A stretch of 64,000 nucleotides of DNA. Source: Ruditapes philippinarum (taxonomy: Eukaryota). The stretch spans positions 62,001 through 126,000 of the forward strand of contig NW_026855510.1 in the NCBI RefSeq assembly GCF_026571515.1. Direction: 5' to 3'. Position 1 is the first letter of the stretch, and the number at the start of each line of letters is the position of its first letter. The translations under genes and the position numbers were made by a program. This document shows, piece by piece, positions 52,340-64,000 of this stretch. A model generated the notes under the pieces. It made no database searches. It was not told the DNA's origin and saw only the letters and a program-made list of their open reading frames with translations.

Positions 52340-53707
52340 AAAAATAGAGTAAAGCAGAATCCCTAAAGAAAGCCCAACACAACAAAATTGAAAAATGTTG
52401 CAGGCTCGGTTTGATTGAGCCTGTTCATGGACGGTACTGGAAAGTGCAAGTTACCGTCCACGCCCCCTAGCACCGGCTTAAGCAGAATTCAACATTTAAA
52501 CACAGAAATGGTGAAATTTTGAATTTAGAAACATCCGCAGATGTGTTCATACGGCGGTCATCATGGAACCTTCAATGTGACACAGTAGTGTCATTCCATG
52601 AAAAGCGGCGTATGGTCCCCAAGTAAAAGAATGCGTGTGCCCTAAACGAGAAAACAATGGGCGGAACTAAATAAAATGGAATTTTGAAAGGGGATCTGAG
52701 GTTATGAAGCCTGCATATCACAGATAAGACGTCAAAAGACAAATTTAAAAAGCAGGCAACATATCCTAAGGGTGATTATACAGTATTCAAGTAGGAATAC
52801 TGGAACCACCCAAGTTGAAAATGGCCAAAAAGAAGAAACTAAAAGTACCACATAACATGTTTACACAACAATAATGTTGTGCTGAACGATCTTCAAGGAT
52901 CGAAAATATAACATCATTGATTAAATGTACGGGGAGACTTTTTACAGCCGCCACACGGCACAAATAACACGGATGTGACAATAAAATAGAGTAAAGCAGA
53001 ATCCCTAAAGAAAGCCCAACACAACAAAATTGAAAATGTTGCAGGCTCGGTTTGATTGAGCCTGTTCATGGACGGTACTGGAAAGTGCAAGTTACCGTCC
53101 ACGCCCCCTAGCACCGGCTTAAGCAGAATTCAACATTTAAACACAGAAATGGTGAAATTTTGAATTTAGAAACATCCGCAGATGTGTTCATACGGCGGTC
53201 ATCATGGAACCTTCAATGTGACACAGTAGTGTCATTCCATGAAAAGCGGCGTATGGTCCCCAAGTAAAAGAATGCGTGTGCCCTAAACGAGAAAACAATG
53301 GGCGGAACTAAATAAAATGGAATTTTGAAAGGGGATCTGAGGTTATGAAGCCTGCATATCACAGATAAAACGTCAAAAGACAAATTTAAAAAGCAGGCAA
53401 CATATCCTAAGGGTGATTATACAGTATTCAAGTAGGAATACTGGAACCACCCAAGTTGAAAATGGCCAAAAAGAAGAAACTAAAAGTACCACATAACATG
53501 TTTACACAACAATAATGTTGTGCTGAACGATCTTCAAGGATCGAAAATATAACATCATTGATTAAATGTACGGGGAGACTTTTTTCAGCCGCCACACGGC
53601 ACAAATAACACGGATGTGACAATAAAATAGAGTAAAGCAGAATCCCTAAAGAAAGCCCAACACAACAAAATTGAAAATGTTGCAGGCTCGGTTTGATTGA
53701 GCCTGTT
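52340..53707. repeat. Head-to-tail tandem of a 641-bp unit (about 2.1 copies), inserted in the LINE
   Basis: Unit starts at 52341, 52983 and 53624. The copies are nearly identical. Confidence 0.92.
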
Positions 53708-56467
53708 CAAAGACTTATTCTCCTAGGAAAGAAAGAATTTTGATGATATTGTGTCCTCGAGAAGGGTATCAGGTAGTTCAGATTTCTTGTTTGAGTAAGG
53801 TATTGGTGGTCAACAAAAACAATGTTGTTTTGGATTTTATACAAGTAGGTTACAGCACTGATGTTTCGACGCTGTTCAAGGGTTTGCAAATTAAGATCAT
53901 TTATCATTTTTGAGACACTTCTTGTATAGTCATAATCATTAAAAATGTATCTAGCAGCTGATCTTTGTACTTGCTCTGTCTTATAAATCAAGTATTTCTG
54001 CCAAGGATGCCAAACTATGGAGCAATATTCGATCTGAGGTCTAACATAGGTCTTATATGCAGTTTCCTTTATCTTTTTATTTGGGGTTTTAACATTTCCT
54101 CTAATGAATCTCAGGGAGTTATTTGCTTTAGATGTAATGTTGTTTATATGTTTGGTCCATGAAAGGTCTTGACTAATAGTGACTCCTAAGTATTTCGCTT
54201 CTTGAGCTGAGTTTAGTTGGATGTTATGGAGGGTATAAGGTAATATTACAGGGTTTCTTTTTCTTGTTATCCTGAGAACTTCACATTTGTCAGGGTTGAA
54301 CTCCATGGACCAGTCTTTTTCCCATGTTTCTAAAGCATGAAGGTCATCTTTGAGGGTTTGGGCATCTTGTTTAGATCTGATGGTTAGGTAGACAACAGTA
54401 TCATCTGCAAAGAGTCTAACCTTACCTTTGACACTATCCGGGAGGTCGTTTATGTAAGAAAGGAAAAGGCAGGGACCTAATACCGAGCCTTGGGGGACAC
54501 CTGAGAGGACTGGTAGAATTCCTGATTTTTGACCTTCAACTACAACTTGCTGGGAGCGTGACTTAAGGAAGGAATGGACCCAATTTGTAACCTCATAACT
54601 TATACCCAATCTTTCCAATTTACTCACAAGTTTGTGATGGTCCACCTTATCAAATGCCTTATTGAAATCTATGACTATGACATCAGTTTGTTGGCCACTT
54701 TCAAGATTGTCATGAATTTCCTGGGAGAAGCTTACTAGCTGGGACTCACAACTCCGTTTTGACCTGAAGCCATGTTGATATGGCTAAGAATGTTGTGTTT
54801 ATCATAAAAAGGACATAATATTTGACACTTAGATGTGCTCCATCAATTTGGACGCTATAGATGTGAGGGAGATTGGTCTATAACTGTGGGTTTGCATTTT
54901 GGGCCTTTTTTGTAAACTGGGGCAATTATTGCATGCTTCCAGTCTTCTGGGACAATACCTGTTTTAAGTAAGATTTGGAAGATTTGGGTCTGTATGGGAG
55001 TAACCTCTTGATGGAGCTCTTTTATTAACCTAGGGGATATTTGGTCAGGCCAGAAGCTTTATTTGGGTTTATCTATTTTAGGCCTTTTAAAAGTTTCTTC
55101 ACACCATCTTCCGATATAGATACTTCTGGCATAGATGGGTGGTGTTTTGGACTAAGCTTCTGTTTGCAAGCCTGGGATAAGGGGCTGAGGCCGAGAGAAG
55201 ACTCAAACTGGGAGTTATGGATATCTGCTTTTGCAACTGGATCAGTAAATGTTTGACCCTCTGATTTGAGGGGTGCCACACCACAGCTTTCAGTTTTGTT
55301 ACTTTGAACGTATTGGTAGAATTTTTTATTTTTCACATTCTGGGAGTCTTGACTAAAAATGACAGAGCCTATGTATTGCCAGTATGCTTTCCTAGTTTCT
55401 CTTTGGATTTCACTTTTAAGTACTTTGAGCTTTTTGGCCAAATCATTTGATGGGGACTTTGACCTTTTAATGTTTAAATAAGTTCTATCACGTTTCCTAA
55501 TTTTGCGAATAATGGACTTGTTTAACCATCGTAGATCTCGACGTGTTTCAGTGACTTTAGTTGGTATGTGAATAGAACAAAGGTGGTTTGGTTCGTCCTT
55601 TAAGGAAATCCAGGCTTTATTGGGATCAGTCTGGTGTGTTTCACTGTAGACCTTGGCGTATTTACTTACATCATTTCTAAAACAATTCTAGTTTGCATTA
55701 TTATAACATTGGATTTCCCTCTTTGATTGAAGTTGACGCCCTCTTGTTAATTTTGATTTCATGAAAGACTATGTCATGATCTGAGAAGTCTAAGGGAGGT
55801 AGGGTTTTTGTACTATGTACGTGGGAAGGCATGTTTGTGAGGAACAGGTCAAGGACGTTGTTAACTCTGGTAGGGATGTTGACCATTTGCTGTAGGTTTA
55901 AGTTAATGAGGTTTTCAAGGAAAGAAGTGTATATGTTTGGGAACTTACAACCTTCTATCAGGGATTCTGTTGACCAGTTGATGCTTGGCATATTGAAGTC
56001 CCCAAGCACCCAGACAATACTATTTTTGGGGATCTTTTTTATGGATGACCAAAGTTCATTGAGGGGTATCTCATCCTTCTCGTTAGGTTTATAGAAGAAA
56101 GAGATATAGATGTACTTAAAACCTTTAAGGGATATTTTGGCCCAAACTGAATTATATTTTGATTTCAGATCGGGTTGTTCCTGGCTTAGGATGGATTTCG
56201 ATATGACAATGAGGGTTCCCCCACCTTTGCCCTCTAGTCTATCATCCATATATACCTGGAAGTTTAAGAAGTCAGGAAAAATTTCAGCTGTTGATATTTC
56301 AGGTTTTAGCCGTGTCTCGGTGCAGCAATTAATGTCGGGTTTGACTTGAGATATTACCTGTTGTAAATCTGGTATTTTATTTTTAATAGAGCGGCAATTT
56401 ATGTTTAAGACGCACAACCTTTCACATTCTTCAAGTTTTTTTGTTTGCCTTTGGAGGATGACGCTTA

Positions 56468-57955
56468 TTTTTATCCCCCGCCGAAAAGGCGGCGGGGGAT
56501 ATAGAAATAGTCTCCGTCCGTCCGTCGACCTTCCGTCCGTCCTTCCGTCCGACATTTTTGTCCGGAGCATATCTCAAAAAGTATTTGAGTTATCAACTTG
56601 AAACTTCATAGGTGAATAGACCTCATTAAGGAGGAGTGCAGTGCACAAGAATGATAACTCTACCTTGCATGATTTTTGAGTTATTGCCCTTTGTTATTTT
56701 TCAAAATTGATTTTTGTCCAGAGCATAACTCCAAAAGCCTATGAGATATCAACATGAAACTTCATAGGTGCATAGATCTCACTCAGGAGGTGTGCAGTGC
56801 ACAAGAATGATAACTCTACCTTTCATAATTTTTGAGTTATTGCCCTTTGTTATTTTTCATACTTAATTTTTCACCTGAGTGGAGCATAGCTCAAAAAGTG
56901 TTTGAGATATCAACATGAAATGTCATAGGTAGATAGATCTTATTGAGGAGGAATGGTGTGCGCAAGAATGATAACTCTTCCCTATACATTTTTTGAGTTA
57001 TTGCCCTTTGTTCTTTTTCATGCTATTTTGTCCAGAGCTTATCTCAAAAAGTATTTGAGGTATCAACTTGAAACTTCAAAGGTGGATGAATCTCATTGAG
57101 GAGGAGTGCAGTGCTTAAGAATGATAACTCTACCCTGCATTATTTTTGAGTTATTGCCCTTTGTTATTTTTCAAAATTAATTTTTGTCCAGAGCATAACT
57201 CAAAAAGCCTTTGAGATATCAAAATAAACCTTCATAGGTGCATAGATCTCACTCAGGAGGTGTGCACTGCACAAGAATGATAACTTTACCTTTTATAAAT
57301 TTTGAGTTATTGCCCTTTGTTATTTTTCATACATAATTTTTCACCCGAGTGGAGCATAACTCAAAAGTGTTTGAGATGTCAACATGAAATGTCATAGGTG
57401 GATAGATTTTATTGAGGAGGAATGCTGTGCAAAAGAATGATAACTCTTCCCTGTACAATTTTTTAGTTATTGCCCTTTGTTCTTTTTCATACTATTTTGT
57501 CCGGAGCTTATCTCAAAAAGTATTTGAGGTATCAACTTGAAACTTCATAGGTGGATGGATCTCATTCAGGAAGAGTGCAGTGCACAAGAACGATAACTCT
57601 ACCCTGCATAATTGTTTAGTTATTGCCCTTTTTTTATTTTTCAAAATTAATTTTTGTCCAGAGCATAACTCAAAAGGCCTTTGAGATATCATTATGAAAC
57701 TTCAAAGGTGCATAGATCTAACTCAGGAGGTGTGCAGTGCACAAGAATGATAACTCTACCTTTTATAATTTTTGAGTTATTGCCCTTTGTTATTTTTCAT
57801 ACTTAATTTTTCAATTCAATTTTTTTCTCAAAAAGTATTTGAGGTATCAACTTGAAACTTCATAGGCGGATAGATTTTACTGAGGAGGGATGCAGCACAC
57901 AAGAATGACAACCTACCCTGCATTATTTTTCAGTTATTGCCCTTTGTTATTTTCA
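56468..57955 (-). mobile_element. HINE/pearl-type element with a satellite array of about 157 bp, inserted in the LINE
   Basis: T-run plus hairpin ATCCCCCGCCGAAAAGGCGGCGGGGGAT, a (CCGT)n microsatellite, then nine monomers marked by AAGAATGATAACTC. The distal end appears truncated. Confidence 0.8.
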
Positions 57956-58369
57956 GCCATCAGTATTCACATAGGTTTCAAATCTGTAATCACTATAGCC
58001 ATCAGTTTTCATTACCAAAAGACCTCTTTAAATGGAATTATTCTGCTCTACTACATATACATTCTTCCAATGAGCAAACACAATCGGCGGGGGATGGCCA
58101 TGTTGACATGGCTCTTGTTGGGATTAGGGGTGGAAGTAGCAATTGGTTGTGTGCCTGGACTGCTTGAACTAATGTGTGATCTATGGGGGGAGGAGAAATC
58201 AAGTGCTATCTTCACTCATGATGGAATTGTGAGGGGAGAATCTAGTATTTTCATACAGTGAATTTAGGGATTCAGACAGAGAGGTAAAATAATTTATATC
58301 TCCACATTTGGTGCAGTGCCACACAAATCTGGAATCTGATAGGCAGTCATATGTGGAGTTTCCTATACC

Positions 58370-59247
58370 TTGGTCAAAATTGGTCAATCCGGCCCCAAAG
58401 TATTTTTATTTGGTCAATGCGGCCCCAAAATTGGTCATTCCGTCCCCAAAATATATATTTTTCAAAGAAAACTATTTAAGTCATCTTGCTGTATGATGGA
58501 ATAAAAATGATTTATTATTAATTGAAGATTATTAACTATAGAACAATAGTAAAAAAAACATGAACTGGCATAAAAGTGTCGGTAAATTTAATTGCGCCGA
58601 TTAAGTCTTTAATACGGTGATAATGAATATAACATCAACAATTATATGTACATCAACATTAATCCAGATGTGGTAATCAAACAGTTTAAAGCAATCAATT
58701 AACAAAAATGGTATAGCAGTGAAAACAAGTCCTTTAAATAAGTTGGTAGTATATTTCATGTCTTTATTCGATGTAAATTAAAGATAGTTTCGTGAGTGTT
58801 AATGCGATAATTAGGAAGAAATGCATAGAATTTCTATTAATGTTTAAAAAAATCTTATTTATTGTTTAAGAAGGAACAAACCATCGCCGATTTTATAGTT
58901 ATTTCTGTTGTCACTAAGATGATAATAAAATAAATTATCCTTTGTTACGCAAATGCTCCTTTCATATCAGGCCATTCGACGTGGTCTTCAAGTTAGTCAG
59001 CTGGTGGAAGAAATTGTTTGTTAATATTGATAGTTTTTATATAAAATAAATAATAATAGATATCATCGTTGAAATTTTGTTTTTGTTGTTAATTTTTATT
59101 TTATTTCTTGATAAGTGTAAACTTACATTTTAAAGCAAAATAAATAATAAAAAAATGGGGCCGGGTTGACCAGAAATAACATTGGTTTTGGGCCGGGTTG
59201 ACCAATTTGGGGCCGGGTTGACTTGGGGCCGGGTTGACTTGTACCGT
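58370..59247. mobile_element. Non-autonomous DNA element with multiple sub-terminal inverted repeats
   Basis: Three GGTCAATCCGGCCCC-like motifs at the left versus four GGGCCGGGTTGAC at the right, with an AT-rich interior. Confidence 0.7.
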
Positions 59248-59570
59248 TCTGACATAATGATATATGACTGTATCATTCTGGTGAATTCAAAGTGTTTTAC
59301 TAAAGAATATGTAGATCTAATTATAAGCGAAAATATTTAGTACCATTCAGCCGTTTTAAATGGGCGCATCGTCTTTTAGATTTGTGAAGCCTGCTTTCTA
59401 TCAATTATCACATGAACTAAAAAAAATGACACATTGAAAACCAAGAAAAGAAATTATTTTGCAATATTCTACTTTCGCTGCCAATTGTGTTATTTAATTC
59501 TTTACAATGAAAATGCTAATAGATAATTTATTTCTTAGTAATTGCTTAGTTAACAGACGCTAACAAAGTT

Positions 59571-59990
59571 ATGGAGAACCGTCAATCGAAAGAGGAAGGC
59601 GAACTTTCAGATGAGGACGAAAACGGCAAAAGTAAACAAAATTTCAGCGTTTCAAAACTGACTGGTAATTCTAACTCACATTTAAATGGTGCTACGAACT
59701 TCAAACCAAATTCTGAATTTGGAAAGCTAAGTAGACCTGATCAATACCACAAATTTAAATCACATGTTCAACAAACACAGTCATCAACCCATGGCACTTT
59801 GCCAAATCCAAGGCAAATTTTACCACAACCATCTCCTCTACCTCACAGTCACAAGAAAAAAGAGCAGGAAAGAGCTTGCATTGTCATTAAGAATAATTCC
59901 GCAGTCAACTCCAATCGCAACAGAAGAGAATCAACAACAGATGCCTCGGAAATATCATTGAAATCTCCAACGTCCAAGAGTATCCTTTGA
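59571..59990 (+). CDS. Possible coding exon or short low-complexity protein with N-terminal acidic EEGELSD motif
   Basis: 139-aa ORF with ATG and protein-like composition, unusual in this AT-rich background. No recognisable domain and no splice partner found. Confidence 0.35.
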   Translation: MENRQSKEEGELSDEDENGKSKQNFSVSKLTGNSNSHLNGATNFKPNSEFGKLSRPDQYHKFKSHVQQTQSSTHGTLPNPRQILPQPSPLPHSHKKKEQERACIVIKNNSAVNSNRNRRESTTDASEISLKSPTSKSIL

Positions 59991-60096
59991 GTTTAAGTCA
60001 GTGTAAACTTGAACCTTGTTTTAAATGTGACAAAGAAAACCAAGGTTGTGTAGGTTCATCTCCATTTAATCAAACTTAAGATACATCAGTAGTATT

Positions 60097-61622
60097 CAGG
60101 GCTTATCCGGAAGGGCGATTCAGGCGAAAACTTCGCCATGTATATTTCCATTTCGCTCTCACAATTGATCAAAGAGAAGTCAACATCGCCGATAAAATCT
60201 TAATTCCCAAAGACTAATTACTTGGCGATGTAAAGAGCAGAGATTGTATCCGCCCATATGACGACTGCTAATTATCATTATCCAATCAGAGCGTCGCTTT
60301 ATACTACCCTTCTACCTGTATGCAAAGCGATAGACCGCCTACTCTAAACAGTAAATAGTGAGAGCATCAGCCCGAAACGGGTAGTTTTGCGAGTTTAATA
60401 CGGGATTAGGCGATAATTATAGATTGTTTTTACCCCGATCATCTAAACACGTGCATATCTTCCCTAATTAAACGCGGTGTTTAACCCGAGTAATGGCGAT
60501 GTGCAATGGGTTTTTCACGGCTATCTCAAAACTGTTAGTCAATTAAAAATAATCAATTTCATTAATGATCAGCGACCGGATTAAAAACTTAATCATAGTT
60601 TTGAATGATTTCAGTCCAATAACATCAATTTTTACTGTAAAATTGTTGTCGCTCACGTCATGGCTACAGGGCGAAATGCCCAAACCTAGCAGTAAAAGAA
60701 AGTTGCTGATTCTGATACACCTACGCGAAAATTTAAGAAAGCCAATTCGCAAAAATCTTACGATTGATATGTTGAAAACAGTGAGAGTGTTTGACATTGT
60801 TATCTTTGTAGAAATGCCAAATTTGACACAGCTTATGCACGTGGGCACGACATCCCGGAAAAACTACGAATCATGATCGGCATGCTACATATCGGTCGTA
60901 TATCATGTGTACATGTATATAACAACAAAATTTGTCAGGAAAGAAGTGTTCTTATAGTTTCAATATATATATTTGTTTTAATGTCATAAATATGACGCTC
61001 AGATTAAGATTTATCAATATTGTAAATTTCAAAAAGCATTATTTATAAAGATATTACGAGTTAAACATTTCATGAAAATAAAGGGAGGTAATTAGAAATT
61101 TATTTTCTATAATTTCTCAGTCAAATTTTTCAATAAGAAATGAATGTATATAATTTTAGTGATCAAATATAATGTGCACAAATGTTTGCAGTACATATTT
61201 TACATATTCTTCGATGTTTGAAAATTGTTTTATAAGCATAATTATATGCACATAAATGTGACATTACAACATACAAGATCATAAAAGAATTTCTGTAATC
61301 ATTCTAACAGAATAGACAGATATTGTTAAGCAATATCCAATGTAACTTTATCTTCTATTAAAAGTGAGGAAAGTAATAATATAAAATTAATTTATTCATC
61401 ATACTTTTTCTTACACATTATTATCAATAAATCTACATGAAAATATATAAACAAATATTTAGAGAAAGCTTATAAATAGCTGATAAATAGATTGTGTTTA
61501 TATTATAGTTAAAGGATTTATAGCCATGTATGTTAATGCATACACATTGAGTTGTTTCCCTTCTCCCTATTTTTCGCGAGGAAGTCACTTCTCCCTAAAA
61601 TTTCCCCCCAGGATGAGCCCTG
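60097..61622. mobile_element. Non-autonomous TIR transposon, CAGGGC termini
   Basis: CAGGGCTTATCC / GGATGAGCCCTG (11 of 12 match), flanked by the direct repeat AGTATT (60091-60096 and 61623-61628). Confidence 0.7.
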
Positions 61623-61692
61623 AGTATTGTAATGACAACCTTAAACATAGAATGTTAATAAGAAAAAGATTCAAACAAGTGAATTACATGAC

Positions 61693-61955
61693 AATGCATT
61701 TAATACATCATTCCAGTCTAATTCCAGCATTTAGATATGCAATAAATGCATTTAATACATCATTCCAGTCTAATTCCAGCATTTAGATATGCAATAAATG
61801 CATTTAATACATCATTCCAGTCTAATTCCAGCATTTAGATATGCAATAAATGCATTTAATACATCATTCCAGTCTAATTCCAGCATTTAGATATGCAATA
61901 AATGCATTTAATACATCATTCCAGTCTAATTCCAGCATTTAGATATGCAATAAAT
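61693..61955. repeat. 52-bp minisatellite, five identical copies
   Basis: TGCATTTAATACATCATTCCAGTCTAATTCCAGCATTTAGATATGCAATAAA at 61695, 61747, 61799, 61851 and 61903. Confidence 0.95.
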
Positions 61956-63219
61956 TCACATGACAGTAAATTCAGTGACATCTTAAAATAATGACCATCT
62001 TATGACAAACATAAATCAATACAATAGAATATAGACATACCAATATATGGTATTGACTCTTTCCCTCACATTACAACAAACCTCCTTTCACACGTGATAT
62101 TAGTCTAGATTGCTGCAAAGTTAAAATATCAATAAAGTGTACAGACAGAAATAATGTGCATATTATTTCAAGTTAATTAAATAAAGAGTTAATGAATATT
62201 ACCCAATGTCGCCATTCTAATTTTACATAACTCCACATAAGTAAATATCAAAATTTACAGTAAAGTATTGAAACAAATAATTTTATCAAAATGGCAACTT
62301 TTTTTTTATAAAGAGTAAACTGTAATTAATGCACAGTTCAACTAAGCAAGTATAAAAACAGAATAAAACCAAAAGTTACAAACTATCATAGAGTTCCATG
62401 GAGATCCACAATCCGAAGAAATAAACAGCTATACCATAACATTGATGTTCGCCCTCAGAACAACCGTGACCAAACTGAGGTATCTCAGAACTCCGGCTCA
62501 ACAGTAAAAAACAATTGTGTACAACAATACACAAACCATTTTTAACCAATGAAAGCAAAGCTTCTGGGATAAACAACTGAACACAATGAAACGTAAGGAA
62601 CAAACAAGAAACAATCCAAATAATGATTATTATCAACTTCCTGTATAGAACTTCCGGTAATCGGTATAGCTAAAGTCCGTCCAAAGTCGGTATGGTTAAA
62701 GTCAGTACACCCATAAACACTTCTGATATGAACTATGTAAATAACCGAGGTATATCAAGTAGAAAAAATACAAGTTGTTAACCTTATCTTCTAAAAAAAT
62801 CAATATCTCTTACGCTAAAACAAAATAAGCCGTTTTTAAACCGCTAGTTTGATGTGATTTAATGTCCTATTTTAAAATTTATTACACCAATCGAAAGCTT
62901 TTGATCTTAGCTTCGTGATAGTATGACTATATACTTCAACACATCTTTTGACATAAAAGTATTTATATAAACTGTTAAACCTACATAATTATGATTTATA
63001 CAGTGAGATAGGCAATTTTTTATGTTTACTGAAAAAACTACTGATAAGAATAGGTTCCGAAAGTGTTAATTTATATCGGTGTATAATGTATTATATTAAA
63101 TTTCAGTTGTTTAGTTTCCTGTGACACACCTTATATTGAATGGAGCTCTTTAATTTGCTTAGATATCATGTTGCTCTAAAACACAACTGATTAATGGTGA
63201 TATGGCAAAAAATATTTAA

Positions 63220-64000
63220 TTTGACAAAAGACCTCCCGTTAAAATGACTTGGCGGACAAAAGCCCTCGCGTGAAAATAATAGGGCGGACAAAAGCCCTCC
63301 AGCAGCAAATACATATATGTATAGTTTATATTTTCTTTTCAATGCACTTAAAAATGTAGTTACGAAAATTTTTGTTTTCCATTGGCATAAGCATGTTTGT
63401 ATGAGCTTGAACACATTCCTGAGAGACATCTGAATAATTTGTGCTAAAATCTGTAAGTTCATATTTATCCACGTAGATATGAAGGATTAGTTAAGATTAA
63501 TAGTAGAGTAATAAATGATGAAAAGAAGTTAAAATTATCTAACTTAAAAGTTATTTAGACATTTATAATGTGCCTTGTAATGAGTCAATTACTTTTAAAA
63601 GTGATCTTGTTTTTAACGACATTCATGTAAAAAGTTACCTCGTTAAACATTTCAGGAAGGTATATTCAGAATAAAAGGTGGTTCTAGCTCATACACATAC
63701 TTAGGCCAATTGAAAACAACAAGAAATATATGTAACAATTTTAATACGTTGAGTGCATTGAAAAAAACACAGGTATTCAACATACATACGATTTATTTAT
63801 TTTTGTTACGTAGGGTTTTTGTCCGCCTTGTTAATTTCACGGAAGGGCTTTTGCCCGCCCAGTCATTTTCATGGGAGGGCTTTTGTCCGCCCTGTTATTT
63901 TCACGGGAGGGCTTTTGTCCGCCCTGTCATTTTCACGGGAGGGCTTTTGTCCGCCCTGTCATTTTTTGACTGGAGGGCTTTTGTCCGGGAGGGTTTTTGT
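63220..64000. mobile_element. Non-autonomous DNA element with multiple sub-terminal inverted repeats, running off the window
   Basis: GGCGGACAAAAGCCCTC motifs at 63220-63300 versus GAGGGCTTTTGTCCGCC arrays of about 32 bp at 63810-64000. Confidence 0.75.

Larger units (their letters stand above)
52092..58370 (-). mobile_element. Long decayed CR1-like LINE (PHD-like remnant, APE endonuclease, RT) split by two insertions
   Basis: WHCTKC PHD-like remnant at 58199-58370. APE motifs NINCRSI, TET, GDFN, LDLFLTN and SDH at 55701-56460. RT motifs VPQGSVLGP and FADD at 53708-54645. The C-terminus WNSLPLTVK resumes at 52337-52254, with a (TGTAGA)2 tail near 52092. Confidence 0.9.

Noticed and set aside
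60565-60876. ORF inside the CAGGGC element as a transposase
   Set aside because: It is short and has no recognisable DDE, BED or THAP motif.

Overview
AT-rich, repeat-dense eukaryotic DNA, most likely from a bivalve mollusc (inferred from the repeat families and sulfotransferase type). There is no prokaryotic operon, rRNA, tRNA gene or CRISPR array. Host genes: (i) a minus-strand DHHC palmitoyltransferase of the ZDHHC9/14/18 (Erf2) group, rebuilt here as three coding exons (8784-8517, 8011-7883, 4988-4198); (ii) a plus-strand tandem array of four Golgi carbohydrate sulfotransferases (Sulfotransfer_2, CHST11-like), with copies 3 and 4 fully modelled, copy 1 lacking a confidently placed first exon, and copy 2 frameshifted across its PAPS-binding loop; (iii) a possible acidic-motif exon at 59.6 kb. 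The rest is mobile DNA: three decayed LINEs, five palindromic Sola-like MITEs, two Helentron-associated (HINE-type) elements carrying satellite arrays, SINEs, several TIR elements and minisatellites. Two observations stand out. First, a family of at least five non-coding elements has a terminal hairpin plus an internal site complementary to the joined element ends, which is Crypton/DIRS-like tyrosine-recombinase logic; two of them sit head-to-tail. Second, a 2.1-mer circularly permuted 641-bp unit with a degenerate hammerhead-like motif is inserted into a LINE codon, suggesting a Penelope or retrozyme-like element.
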